Below are positions 35,066-43,262 of a DNA stretch of 48,901 bases, piece by piece. The translations under genes were made by a program, and so were the position numbers. The DNA is from a virus (taxonomy: Duplodnaviria; Heunggongvirae; Uroviricota; Caudoviricetes), in the IMG/VR virus record IMGVR_UViG_3300045988_155985. One strand, 5' to 3'. The first letter of the stretch is position 1; every line of letters starts with the position of its first letter. The notes below the pieces were generated by a model, which worked only from the letters and a program-made list of their open reading frames with translations, was not told where the DNA came from and ran no database searches.

Positions 35066-35253
35066 TTTGTACCTCCCATAACTACTTTGGTTACGAGGGC
35101 GATTTTTGCGTCAGAAACAGCGTTATCGTTGCTGGCGATGCGCATAGCTTCTCGCTCAATGATTTCAGCCAGGCGGAATTTATCGGCGTATGAGGCTTTC
35201 TTGAGAAGGATCTTTACGAGGTTGACGTAATAGTCATGGGGTAGGTTTGTCAT
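35062..35253 (-). CDS. small protein translationally coupled to ant (icd-like position)
   Basis: 63 aa; stop TGA overlaps ant ATG (ATGA). Confidence 0.45.
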   Translation of the reverse strand: MTNLPHDYYVNLVKILLKKASYADKFRLAEIIEREAMRIASNDNAVSDAKIALVTKVVMGGTK

Positions 35254-35418
35254 TGTGATGATTCCCTTAAAGGTTAAGGATACTCACCACCGTCAGGTTC
35301 CAATCATTGGGTGGTGAGACGTGCAGGGTTGGAACTACCGGACACAATGACGAACCGGCGAGTCTTACGACTCCCCCGCACGCCCCACCATAATTTGGGT
35401 GTAGCAGTGCTTTACGCA

Positions 35419-35440
35419 TAAAAAAACCGCTAACGCGGTA
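35419..35440 (-). terminator. minus-strand rho-independent terminator
   Basis: On the minus strand: hairpin ACCGCGTTAGCGGT followed by TTTTTTT. Confidence 0.5.
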
Positions 35441-35585
35441 TGCGCCATTGTGTCTACGGGGTTCCAATCCCGACCGTAGATTTTGCTACGGCTCGGAAAG
35501 TGTCCACCAATGGCGCATTCATGTCAATACGGCGGGATTTTAACAGAGACAACCACATAGCGTGGGTTTATTGGTAGGCAGAAAC

Positions 35586-35613
35586 AAAAAAACCGCCCTA
35601 TTGAGGACGGTTC
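35586..35613 (-). terminator. minus-strand rho-independent terminator
   Basis: On the minus strand: hairpin AACCGTCC-TCAATA-GGGCGGTT followed by TTTTTTTG. Confidence 0.55.
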
Positions 35614-35760
35614 TTTCGTGCTGATCGGATTCGCGGTCCTTTCAGCATAACGTCGTTGTATAAACAACCACGCAAGCACAAGCGGCGTATCTATTCTTAC
35701 TCAACTGAGGTGAATAGTCCACTATTCATATAAAGAAATTTAGTTCCTTAGTTCATGCAG
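35586..35760 (-). ncRNA. candidate small regulatory RNA upstream of the ant operon (c4-like position)
   Basis: ORF-free leader on the minus strand ending at terminators; self-complementary motifs GGTTCCAA and TTGGAAC nearby; no promoter defined. Confidence 0.25.
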
Positions 35761-35999
35761 AATGAAGTTTTTTAACTTCTTCGGATGTAATTACATGTAA
35801 TAAAAGCATTTGTTATTCCTTCATTATGAAGGCGAGGACGTGTAATATGGCTTGGGGCCTTTTCGCCGATTCGCACCCGGGCACCGACTTTAAGGAAAGG
35901 ATCATCCACTTGCCGTACACGCAAGCACAAGCGGTGTGCTTGCTCTCGCGTCATTTTCGTCGGTGGAGATGCCGTGAAACGGCCTGTAAGGGCCACACA

Positions 36000-36122
36000 A
36001 TGAAAAAATACTACATGTGTATTTTTATCGTTGTTACTGGAGCTTTGTTTACGCCACATGGGGAGGGTTGGAAGATTACTGATAACGCTCTGAATGTGAC
36101 GATAAACATTAGCAGCAAGTAG
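36000..36122 (+). CDS. small hydrophobic peptide, 40 aa
   Basis: MKKYYMCIFIVVTGALF N-terminus; ATG 36000; strong terminator immediately downstream. Confidence 0.3.
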   Translation: MKKYYMCIFIVVTGALFTPHGEGWKITDNALNVTINISSK

Positions 36123-36128
36123 CGATTA

Positions 36129-36150
36129 GGCCCCTTCGGGGGCCTTTTTT
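36129..36150 (+). terminator. rho-independent terminator
   Basis: Hairpin GGCCCC-TTCG-GGGGCC followed by TTTTTT. Confidence 0.6.
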
Positions 36151-36372
36151 ATGGTTGAATTTAAACGCTGGAGCGCATTAAGCCTTTCAGAACTGCTTCA
36201 CGTACCCATTCTGGCCTGGTAGATAGCAGGGCAAATAAGCAACCAGCTTGCAGCCGTTTGAGGTCGGTTAGACGAGTTTTCAGTAACCGTGTATATTGTT
36301 GTTCGGACATAACAAATTCCCCTTGTTGTGTCGCGACGGCCAACAGTTGGCGCTGGAGGCCGTCACCTTCTC

Positions 36373-36627
36373 TTACTTCTGGTTGTATTGAGCCTTGAGT
36401 AACTCAAAAGACTTTGTCAGCACTTCTTTCAATGACATATCCATTGAGCTGGCGAACGTTTTGTACTCGCGTTTAAATTCAGGGTCGACGTTAAACGCCA
36501 TTTGTGCCCCACCTGATTTGGTTCTGGCTGGCGTTTCAGTCGGGTCGAAAACCTGCGGTTGTTCGATCGATGGCGGTACGCCTTTGCTGTTCTTCTTTGG
36601 TGGTTTTGATGGTGCGGCCATGTGCAT
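36373..36627 (-). CDS. small partition/centromere-binding protein, ParG-like (ribbon-helix-helix)
   Basis: 84 aa downstream of parA; basic flexible N-terminus and C-terminal RHH-like segment. Confidence 0.55.
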   Translation of the reverse strand: MHMAAPSKPPKKNSKGVPPSIEQPQVFDPTETPARTKSGGAQMAFNVDPEFKREYKTFASSMDMSLKEVLTKSFELLKAQYNQK

Positions 36628-36664
36628 CCCCTCTTATATAAATCTATAAAACTATAATTATATA

Positions 36665-37318
36665 TTACGCGGCAGTAGTCAGAGCCTCAAGCTGGTTGAT
36701 AATCCCCTGAATAACGTCGTCTGCCTTTTTGCGTGGCGCAACGTATGAGCACTCAATGAGGCTTAAGCCCTTATCCTGAGCTTTGCTCAGAGCTGGCTTG
36801 TGGGGAATGTACTTATCGACAACAAAGTATGGCGTATTAGCCAGGTACTCTTGGGCTTCAATATAGTCAGCTTCGTTTTCAGCCGCGCCGGAAAACACCA
36901 TGCAAATTTTCTTGATTGGTACACCCTTTTTAACGATGCCGTGAGCTGTGTTAACGGTGGTTTCCAGGTCATCGGTAGAGAATCTGGTTGGTAAAATAAC
37001 CATATCCAGAAATTCAGAGAGCTTCGGTACTGATTCAGATGCGTAGGCACCGCCATCGACGATAACCAGGTCGTATACTTCTGATTCGATGATTTTCTGG
37101 ACTTGTGATGGTGTGCCGCACGGCTGCGCCGCGATTGCTGGTTCGATATTGTTGGCCATTCTGCGTTGTACCCAACGCGTTACCGTTCCGTTAAGCACAT
37201 CCATATCGATCAGGCATACATTCCAGCCGGCCTTTGCATAAGCAACTGCTAAAGCACGGGCAATTGTTGATTTGGTTACGCCGCCTTTTCCGTTGAAAAT
37301 ACCTACAGAGATAGTCAT
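36665..37318 (-). CDS. parA: partition ATPase, small ParA (ParF-like, type Ib)
   Basis: Deviant Walker A GKGGVTKST; about 217 aa; ATG 37318 (track start 37333). Confidence 0.85.
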   Translation of the reverse strand: MTISVGIFNGKGGVTKSTIARALAVAYAKAGWNVCLIDMDVLNGTVTRWVQRRMANNIEPAIAAQPCGTPSQVQKIIESEVYDLVIVDGGAYASESVPKLSEFLDMVILPTRFSTDDLETTVNTAHGIVKKGVPIKKICMVFSGAAENEADYIEAQEYLANTPYFVVDKYIPHKPALSKAQDKGLSLIECSYVAPRKKADDVIQGIINQLEALTTAA

Positions 37319-37341
37319 TTGTCGAGACTCCATGTGTTTGG

Positions 37342-37446
37342 TTATATAATTCTATAAATCTATATTTATAGAACGAGGTAAGCATAACCAACTTTTTGGC
37401 GGATGAAAAGCGTTTTATATAATTATATAAAACTATAATCATATAA
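37342..37446. repeat. AT-rich TATAATTATA-type repeat cluster upstream of parA; candidate centromere/operator
   Basis: Two blocks (37342-37373, 37412-37446); a related block at 36632-36667 between parA and parG. Confidence 0.4.
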
Positions 37447-37464
37447 GCGGGCGTTAGCCCGCTT
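37446..37464 (-). terminator. hairpin downstream of the minus-strand gene 37469-37843
   Basis: GCGGGC-GTTA-GCCCGC followed on the minus strand by AT-rich sequence. Confidence 0.35.
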
Positions 37465-37468
37465 GCAG

Positions 37469-37843
37469 TCAGAGGTCAGCTATCGTTGATATCAGTTGAT
37501 TTGCTAGCTGTCGCTGTTTACGTGAGAGGGTTAGAGCTGCTTCTGAGCGGTCGCTAAGAGGGGTATTCTCATCGAGAATCATGAGGCATACAGAAATGAT
37601 AGCTCTGTTATATGCCATCAATGACTGGCACAGCTTTGATACAGAAGGCACATCGTATTGTAAGGCTGTTTTGAGGCAGGCTTTTTGCTCGTAAGCAAGA
37701 TGAAGGGTAGATGATATCCAGTCGATATCTTTCTCATTATCAATGATTTGGCATAACATACACTCAATCGCTATGTTCAACGCTTGGATTTCGATTCCAG
37801 CAGTGATCAGAGTTTCGTTTTTATTGGCTGTATGTAATTCCAT
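37469..37843 (-). CDS. hypothetical protein, 124 aa, downstream of the repressor gene
   Basis: ORF track; ATG 37843; operator palindrome 37879-37893 just upstream. Confidence 0.45.
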   Translation of the reverse strand: MELHTANKNETLITAGIEIQALNIAIECMLCQIIDNEKDIDWISSTLHLAYEQKACLKTALQYDVPSVSKLCQSLMAYNRAIISVCLMILDENTPLSDRSEAALTLSRKQRQLANQLISTIADL

Positions 37844-37878
37844 GCGTAGCCTCTTTTATACTTTCACATGTTGTCAAA

Positions 37879-37893
37879 ACCACAAAATGTGGT
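37879..37893. promoter_or_regulatory. operator palindrome ACCACAAAATGTGGT
   Basis: Perfect ACCAC-N5-GTGGT between the cI-like stop and the next minus-strand gene. Confidence 0.45.
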
Positions 37894-37935
37894 TTTTTTG
37901 AGCGTAGAAATGCACGGCTTTCGCCGTGCTGTGTA

Positions 37936-38592
37936 TCATAACCAGTTGACAACACTAACTACGCGGCCCAGAACTTTATAACGCTTAAATTCCTCGTTAT
38001 TCAGATGCTTAGTGTTCATTTCAGCATCCCTTTCGGTTGACAGCATAACAGCATTGTCACCCGGTATGACTCTACAGTGCCTCAAAACAACCAGGCCATT
38101 TCTGTCTTCAAGGGCATAGATCCCCTCATGAATCTCTGTATCGTCTGTATTAATCAGGACTTGGGAGCCAGGGGATATTGTTGGTGACATTAACTCATCG
38201 TTGCTCTGGAGAACTGACAGAGACGATGAGTTGATGTTCTTGCTTCGTAGAATCTCCTGTTCTATCGCCAGCACTGGCTTTTCTCCGGCGTGCGATGCTA
38301 TGTCATTTTTTATAGCTACAAGCCCAGGAATAACAGGAGCGTTAGTATTCTGGGGTGGGAACGGGTTATCTGTTAAGCACGCGATATAAGGCGCTGATGC
38401 TTTCAGGGCGTGCGCGATTTTCTTGATGGCAGGTATAGATGGTTGTCTTAATCCGGCCTCATAGTTCTGCAAGGTGCTTAAGCCTATTCCAGTGACTTGC
38501 TGGAGATCTCCGGCAGTCATGCCGGATTGTTTCCGTAGAGTCTGAATGCGCAGACCTATTTCTTTCTTGATGTTCTCGTCGTTGCTTTTCAT
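37936..38592 (-). CDS. prophage repressor, cI/LexA-like (N-terminal HTH, C-terminal S24 peptidase-like)
   Basis: HTH GMTAGDLQQVTGIGLSTLQNYE; C-terminal segment with Ser and Lys candidates; divergent from cro-like gene. Confidence 0.8.
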   Translation of the reverse strand: MKSNDENIKKEIGLRIQTLRKQSGMTAGDLQQVTGIGLSTLQNYEAGLRQPSIPAIKKIAHALKASAPYIACLTDNPFPPQNTNAPVIPGLVAIKNDIASHAGEKPVLAIEQEILRSKNINSSSLSVLQSNDELMSPTISPGSQVLINTDDTEIHEGIYALEDRNGLVVLRHCRVIPGDNAVMLSTERDAEMNTKHLNNEEFKRYKVLGRVVSVVNWL

Positions 38593-38629
38593 GTCTCATC
38601 AATCGTGAATGGTGGGTTATTTATACATT

Positions 38630-38747
38630 ACCACATTTAGTGGTTTTCACATGGTAAGACGAGAGGTGGACCACAAATAGAAGGTTATTTTTTGTTTCGC
38701 CCATTGAAAAACTCACGATATGTGGTTTTAATACCACATATCGTGGT
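38630..38747. promoter_or_regulatory. operator cluster in the cI-cro intergenic region
   Basis: ACCACATTTAGTGGT at 38630-38644, imperfect CTCACGATATGTGGT at 38712-38726, ACCACATATCGTGGT at 38733-38747, half-site at 38670. Confidence 0.5.
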
Positions 38748-38765
38748 TTAACTGGAGTTCGTTAA

Positions 38766-39260
38766 ATGACCTTTCAGGAGTGGGTTGACGAGAATGGAGG
38801 CCAAATTGGTGTTGCCAGAAAGTTTGGCTTTACGTCATCACTGATTGGTGCCTGGTATCGCTTCGAGAGATTCCCTCGTGCGGATAACCTGACGCTGCTG
38901 GTGGCGTGTTCGGAAGGCCGGATTAACGTCCAGCAATGGGCGGCAGATTTTGCCGAACGTCAGCGCCAGCGTAGCGATGGCACATCGGTTCGGCAGAACA
39001 AGATCAAAGGGAATCTCCCTGTTAACTGCTTATCAAGGCTGAAAGCGGTTTTCTCTGAGCTGGGGATGCCTGCGGAGCGTTGCAATCTACGCGGTCCGCG
39101 ATTCATTGCTCGCTGGAAACACTCACACGTAACCGTTTCAGAGGTTCGTGATGCGATTGCCGTGCTGGAGCTTAAGAATAAAGATTCCAGCGATATCGAG
39201 CTGATTCATAAGGAGATTAGCAACGCCCGGCGTTCAGCACTTGGGAGGCTTGAGGAATGA
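38766..39260 (+). CDS. Cro-like early regulator with C-terminal extension
   Basis: Divergent from repressor across the operator cluster; N-terminal HTH-like segment. Confidence 0.5.
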   Translation: MTFQEWVDENGGQIGVARKFGFTSSLIGAWYRFERFPRADNLTLLVACSEGRINVQQWAADFAERQRQRSDGTSVRQNKIKGNLPVNCLSRLKAVFSELGMPAERCNLRGPRFIARWKHSHVTVSEVRDAIAVLELKNKDSSDIELIHKEISNARRSALGRLEE

Positions 39261-39772
39261 TGATTCTGGCCTTCTTTGGTGATAATCACCAGATTCAATC
39301 GCAGGTGGTGCACTACCTTGATCAAACGATTAAAGGATTTGTTATCGATCATATTGATAACGATAGTAAACGTCTATCTGTAGAGCAGAAAATTGGACGT
39401 GTGCAGCGACTGGTTGCCAGCCGTAACAGACGTGACACCGTAACAGTCGTCACGGGGATAACGGAGGTCATGGAGTACCAGATGTTGCTGCATCGTGGAG
39501 CTGTTTTCTGCGTTCTTCCTGGCATTCTGCCAGCAATTCTTGCTCGTGGTTTTGTCCCTATTGATGAGTCGTTTTTATATGTAACCCCAAGCCGTTCTCT
39601 TCTGGATACGGAGGCGAAGCGTCGCATTTATATACTGCCGGACGAGGCATTTTCTGAATGTTACCGCCGTGAAATGAGGTTGGGTAAACGAGAAGTGTCT
39701 GTTGTTCGTGATGGCAGGTTTTTAAGAAGCCGCACGGTGAAAAGCACCAGAAATGACGGGGGCCATCAATGA
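39257..39772 (+). CDS. hypothetical protein, 171 aa
   Basis: ORF track; start overlaps upstream stop. Confidence 0.4.
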   Translation: MMILAFFGDNHQIQSQVVHYLDQTIKGFVIDHIDNDSKRLSVEQKIGRVQRLVASRNRRDTVTVVTGITEVMEYQMLLHRGAVFCVLPGILPAILARGFVPIDESFLYVTPSRSLLDTEAKRRIYILPDEAFSECYRREMRLGKREVSVVRDGRFLRSRTVKSTRNDGGHQ

Positions 39773-40002
39773 GTAGTTATGTTCGCGGTGCTGCGATGCA
39801 TTGCCAGAATCCCCAATTCTGGCGCTTTCTGACCAGTAAAACAGGGAAGAACGTTTCAAACAGTTCTGAGGCCTCTGTGATTCTGCGTGAGTTTTGCGGG
39901 ATCTCATCCCGTAAAGAGCTGGCAAAGAACTACGCGGCCAGAAGCATGTATGTCCAGTTAATCAACGAGTTCAACCTCTTTATCAATGGTAAGGGGCGCT
40001 GA
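39769..40002 (+). CDS. hypothetical protein, 77 aa
   Basis: ORF track; ATGA overlap. Confidence 0.4.
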   Translation: MSSYVRGAAMHCQNPQFWRFLTSKTGKNVSNSSEASVILREFCGISSRKELAKNYAARSMYVQLINEFNLFINGKGR

Positions 40003-40406
40003 TGAACGGACGTACACCAACGAAGAAAGAGAAACTTTATATACAAGCGGTGCTCACTCACGTGGGTTGCATAGCTTGCATTATTGATGGCCGTGAAATT
40101 GATAATCCAGAGCTGTGGACGGAGCTACATCACGATCCTGATTACGGCAGCGTTGATGAGAATTGCCACTTCCATAGCTTTGGGTTGTGCGCACCACATC
40201 ATCGCGGTGTTGTGCCTGGTGGTGGGCGCGTGCCTCCGCATATTGCCGTTCGTCACCCTCCCCTGAGTAATTGTGCTCGCTTTGTTGAGCGTTATGGCAC
40301 CGATGAATTTTTGTGTGCGCAGACGTGGGAGCTGTTGCCGCAGTCAGTTAAAGACGAAATTGGGTTTGATCTTAGTCTTGGTGAAGTACCAGGGGATACC
40401 AAATGA
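40002..40406 (+). CDS. HNH-type nuclease, P1 Ref-like
   Basis: GRTPTKKEK...CIAC...HH...C..HH pattern matches recalled P1 Ref. Confidence 0.55.
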   Translation: MNGRTPTKKEKLYIQAVLTHVGCIACIIDGREIDNPELWTELHHDPDYGSVDENCHFHSFGLCAPHHRGVVPGGGRVPPHIAVRHPPLSNCARFVERYGTDEFLCAQTWELLPQSVKDEIGFDLSLGEVPGDTK

Positions 40407-40735
40407 GATATACCGGCTTTCGCAAACCAGCGACCAGGAAAAGCAAATACGGCAATAAAAAAACTGTTGTCGATGATATCTCTTTTGATAGCAAAAAAGA
40501 GGCTGATTACTACTGCGAACTGAAGCTACTGAGAAAAGCTGGCCGCGTTGTGACGTTTCTTATGCAGGTGCCTTTTCATCTGCCAGGTGGTGTCGTTTAT
40601 AAACTTGATTTCATGGTGTTTTATGACGATGGGACGATTGATTGTGTCGACACTAAAGGTGTGCGAACAGACGTCTACATCATGAAGAAAAAGCAGGTAG
40701 AGGCGCTTTATCCCGTCACGATACGGGAGATCTGA
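40403..40735 (+). CDS. DUF1064-family phage protein
   Basis: KYGNKKTVVDDISFDSKKEADYYCELKLLRKAG matches recalled DUF1064 signature. Confidence 0.55.
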   Translation: MRYTGFRKPATRKSKYGNKKTVVDDISFDSKKEADYYCELKLLRKAGRVVTFLMQVPFHLPGGVVYKLDFMVFYDDGTIDCVDTKGVRTDVYIMKKKQVEALYPVTIREI

Positions 40736-40738
40736 ACA

Positions 40739-41116
40739 GTGAGACGCGATCTGGATAGCTTGTTTGAGCTATGGGCGCTGTGGGTGCGCAATGGCTGCAA
40801 CGCCCGTAGCGGTTTCGCGTCGATGTTAGAAATGATGATGGTTACGCGCTGCCAGTTTACCGGAGGGGGCGGCGCACCAAATGACTCACTGGAAACCAGT
40901 ATCGAGGGAGCGGTGACGGCCCTCACGGTAGTTGATGAGACTGCGGCGCTGGTTGTCCGAATTGAATACGGGGCGTGGGAGATTCGGGGCCTCGACATAA
41001 ATGCACCGCATATTGATAAAGCCCACGCCCTTTCTCTTAGTCTCAGACAGTATCGCCGGAAGCTGGCAAAAGCCAGGGCGTATGTTGTCGACTATTTGAA
41101 AAAGCGAAGAGAGTAA
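40739..41116 (+). CDS. putative late-gene antiterminator, Q-like
   Basis: 125 aa; pattern LWALWVRNG...GFASM...LRQYRRKLAKARAYV resembles Q-family; sits before a promoter cassette. Confidence 0.4.
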   Translation: MRRDLDSLFELWALWVRNGCNARSGFASMLEMMMVTRCQFTGGGGAPNDSLETSIEGAVTALTVVDETAALVVRIEYGAWEIRGLDINAPHIDKAHALSLSLRQYRRKLAKARAYVVDYLKKRRE

Positions 41117-41166
41117 AAGTGTCATTTTGAGCTGTTTTGATGGTGTGTAGACATCGGTAACATCGA

Positions 41167-41285
41167 AAATCTATAAATATATAATTATAGATTTATATAA
41201 AAAGTGCTTTACAGGTGGGAAAAAATTTCCTAAGGTTATACCCGAAACCGAGCGATACCCGCCCTGGTTAAACCGGAGAAATCTG
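41167..41285 (+). promoter_or_regulatory. promoter-operator-leader cassette, copy C
   Basis: AT-rich repeat 41167-41203; TTTACA 41208-41213; spacer with GGAAA-AAA-TTTCC; TAAGGT 41231-41236; conserved leader. Confidence 0.5.
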
Positions 41286-42353
41286 ATGAATAAACAAGAA
41301 ATTATTTCTGACTGGATCAACAACCCTAACAGCCTGTTAAGCACTGATACTGGCTACCTATTACGCCATGTTAATGGTCGTATGGTCAAAAGCGATGAGC
41401 ACGAAACCTTTTTCTTTGTTGAAGACGATGGGCGCATCTATGAGGATGGTTACTCTTATGAAGCCCAAACTGGTTGTATCCCTGCGGAGCTGGTGGACGT
41501 AACAGAAGATCTGCGCAAAGCATGGCTTGAACAGCAGCAGCGCGGAGATGATTACGTAAACACCTATCAGGAACGCCAGAACGCGCGTCTTGCCCGATAT
41601 ATTGCTCGTGCAGAAAAAGCCAGAAAAGAAGGTGCGGTAGCGCATAAGCGAGCGCATGACCTGTTGGATGTGATCCCGTTAGGCCAGCCGATTTTAGTTG
41701 ACCATTATAGCGCGAAAGGCCATCGCCGCCGTTTGTCTAAAGCTGATGCGTTATTAAGAAAAGCGTTTGTTGAATGCGAAAGTAAAGCATCACACTACGA
41801 GAGCAAAGCCGCAGGTGTTGGTCGTAATGGAATTTCGTCTGATGATCCTGATGCGCTATTTAAGTTGCTTCGTAAGCTGCAAGGCTGCATGAAGTCACAC
41901 GTCAAAATGAAGGCCGCAAATAAGGCCATTCGCAAATACAAAAAAGACCAATTACAGCAGCTTTCTGCATTAATCGATCTCAGGTTTACAGAAAGCGAAG
42001 CCAAAGAGTTACTGGCCGGAGATTTCTGTGGGCGCATCGGATTCCCTTCATACGCACTGAGCAACAATAACGCCGAAATCAAACGACTACAGAGCCGTAT
42101 TAAGGAGCTTGAATCGGTCAAGTCTGTAACAGGAGCACAGCGCGAAGAATACGACGGCTTTTCTATGGAGATAGATCCAGAGGATAACCGCATCCTGTTT
42201 TATTTCCCTGGCAAACCAGAGGCAAACATTCGTTCGCTGCTTAAATCACGCGCCTTTAAGTGGAGTCCAACCCGTAATGCATGGGTTCGCAAGATTACTC
42301 CAAACGCCCTGGCTGATGCCCGATATCTAAAAGAATCGCTATTGAAAGCCTGA
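41286..42353 (+). CDS. hypothetical protein, 355 aa, first gene of cassette C
   Basis: ORF track; basic helical C-terminal half; no catalytic motif recognised. Confidence 0.5.
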   Translation: MNKQEIISDWINNPNSLLSTDTGYLLRHVNGRMVKSDEHETFFFVEDDGRIYEDGYSYEAQTGCIPAELVDVTEDLRKAWLEQQQRGDDYVNTYQERQNARLARYIARAEKARKEGAVAHKRAHDLLDVIPLGQPILVDHYSAKGHRRRLSKADALLRKAFVECESKASHYESKAAGVGRNGISSDDPDALFKLLRKLQGCMKSHVKMKAANKAIRKYKKDQLQQLSALIDLRFTESEAKELLAGDFCGRIGFPSYALSNNNAEIKRLQSRIKELESVKSVTGAQREEYDGFSMEIDPEDNRILFYFPGKPEANIRSLLKSRAFKWSPTRNAWVRKITPNALADARYLKESLLKA

Positions 42354-42363
42354 CAGTAAGCCT

Positions 42364-42390
42364 ACGGCGGGACGTCTCCCGCCGTATATA
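42364..42390 (+). terminator. hairpin/terminator after the 355-aa gene
   Basis: Perfect 9-bp stem ACGGCGGGA-CGTC-TCCCGCCGT followed by AT-rich tract. Confidence 0.4.
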
Positions 42391-42430
42391 GAATTATATA
42401 TTTATATAAATGTATAAGGACGCCTCGACA

Positions 42431-42712
42431 ATGAAACGCAAAATTATTAACCCCCAAGATGTGATTAATTTCCTGACCGATCACCCATGTTCAAAAGTGG
42501 ACGTAATCGCGGAGCACATTGGTGTGTCGCAGAACTCTATGCGTTGCAGACTGAGAAGCATGGTTGCCGAAGGACAGATAACAACCAGGAAAATAAATGG
42601 TTGCCTGTACTACTCCGCTAAACCGGAATTGCCATTTGGCATGAATCCTAACTCCATGTTGTTTAACACCTTATTAGCCAAAGTTAAGCCGTTGAGAGGG
42701 GCTGTGGCATGA
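42431..42712 (+). CDS. winged-helix DNA-binding protein
   Basis: HTH-like DVIAEHIGVSQNSMRCRLRSMVAEGQI; ATG 42431 after AAGGA (track start 42410). Confidence 0.45.
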   Translation: MKRKIINPQDVINFLTDHPCSKVDVIAEHIGVSQNSMRCRLRSMVAEGQITTRKINGCLYYSAKPELPFGMNPNSMLFNTLLAKVKPLRGAVA

Positions 42713-43074
42713 GCATCAAAACCCATACCGGAATAATCATCACCATTGATGGTGAGAAAAAAGTGAAGTTACGCGAAACGCCGACAACCTGGTGTGTTGG
42801 TCTGAAAGAAACATATCGCAAGGAAGATGGGCGCCGTTGTGGGTCGCCACTTTCCAGCCGTCGCCTCCTTTTGAGCACGATAAAACCTATCGGGCAGGTT
42901 GAGCAACCAACGACTCCGGTAACGAAGATTTCAGACAAGAGTCTGGCAAACCTGATCGCTGATGCGGACAAGGTGCTGGAGCGAAACACCCCCGTTGCAG
43001 ATGAGGAATGGTGGCAGGATTTCCGAGCCGCAATGCTAGAGCTTCAGGAACGTCGTCGGGAGGAGTTGAAGTGA
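42709..43074 (+). CDS. hypothetical protein, 121 aa
   Basis: ORF track; RBS GAGAGGGG. Confidence 0.45.
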   Translation: MSIKTHTGIIITIDGEKKVKLRETPTTWCVGLKETYRKEDGRRCGSPLSSRRLLLSTIKPIGQVEQPTTPVTKISDKSLANLIADADKVLERNTPVADEEWWQDFRAAMLELQERRREELK

Positions 43075-43262
43075 GCAAGAAAAATGCCGGATGGGTCAGG
43101 CCAATGAAGGCGAATAAACATCATTATTTTAATGAAGGTGAAGTAACCAGCATTTGCGGCCGTTGGATGTATTTTGGTGATTACCGTGAGCCAGACACTT
43201 TTGAGAGTCCTGATGATTGCGTGTCTTGTCGCCGGAAATTGAACAAGGTGGCTTCTAAATGA
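43071..43262 (+). CDS. small Cys-containing (zinc-ribbon-like) protein
   Basis: GTG 43071 after GGGAGGAG overlapping upstream stop; ICGRW...CVSC. Confidence 0.4.
   Translation: MSKKNAGWVRPMKANKHHYFNEGEVTSICGRWMYFGDYREPDTFESPDDCVSCRRKLNKVASK

Noticed and set aside
35826-36122. Full 98-aa ORF as a gene
   Set aside because: The N-terminal two thirds overlap the 17-nt repeat and hairpin and have no RBS; only the C-terminal 40-aa part (36000-36122) is kept, at low confidence.
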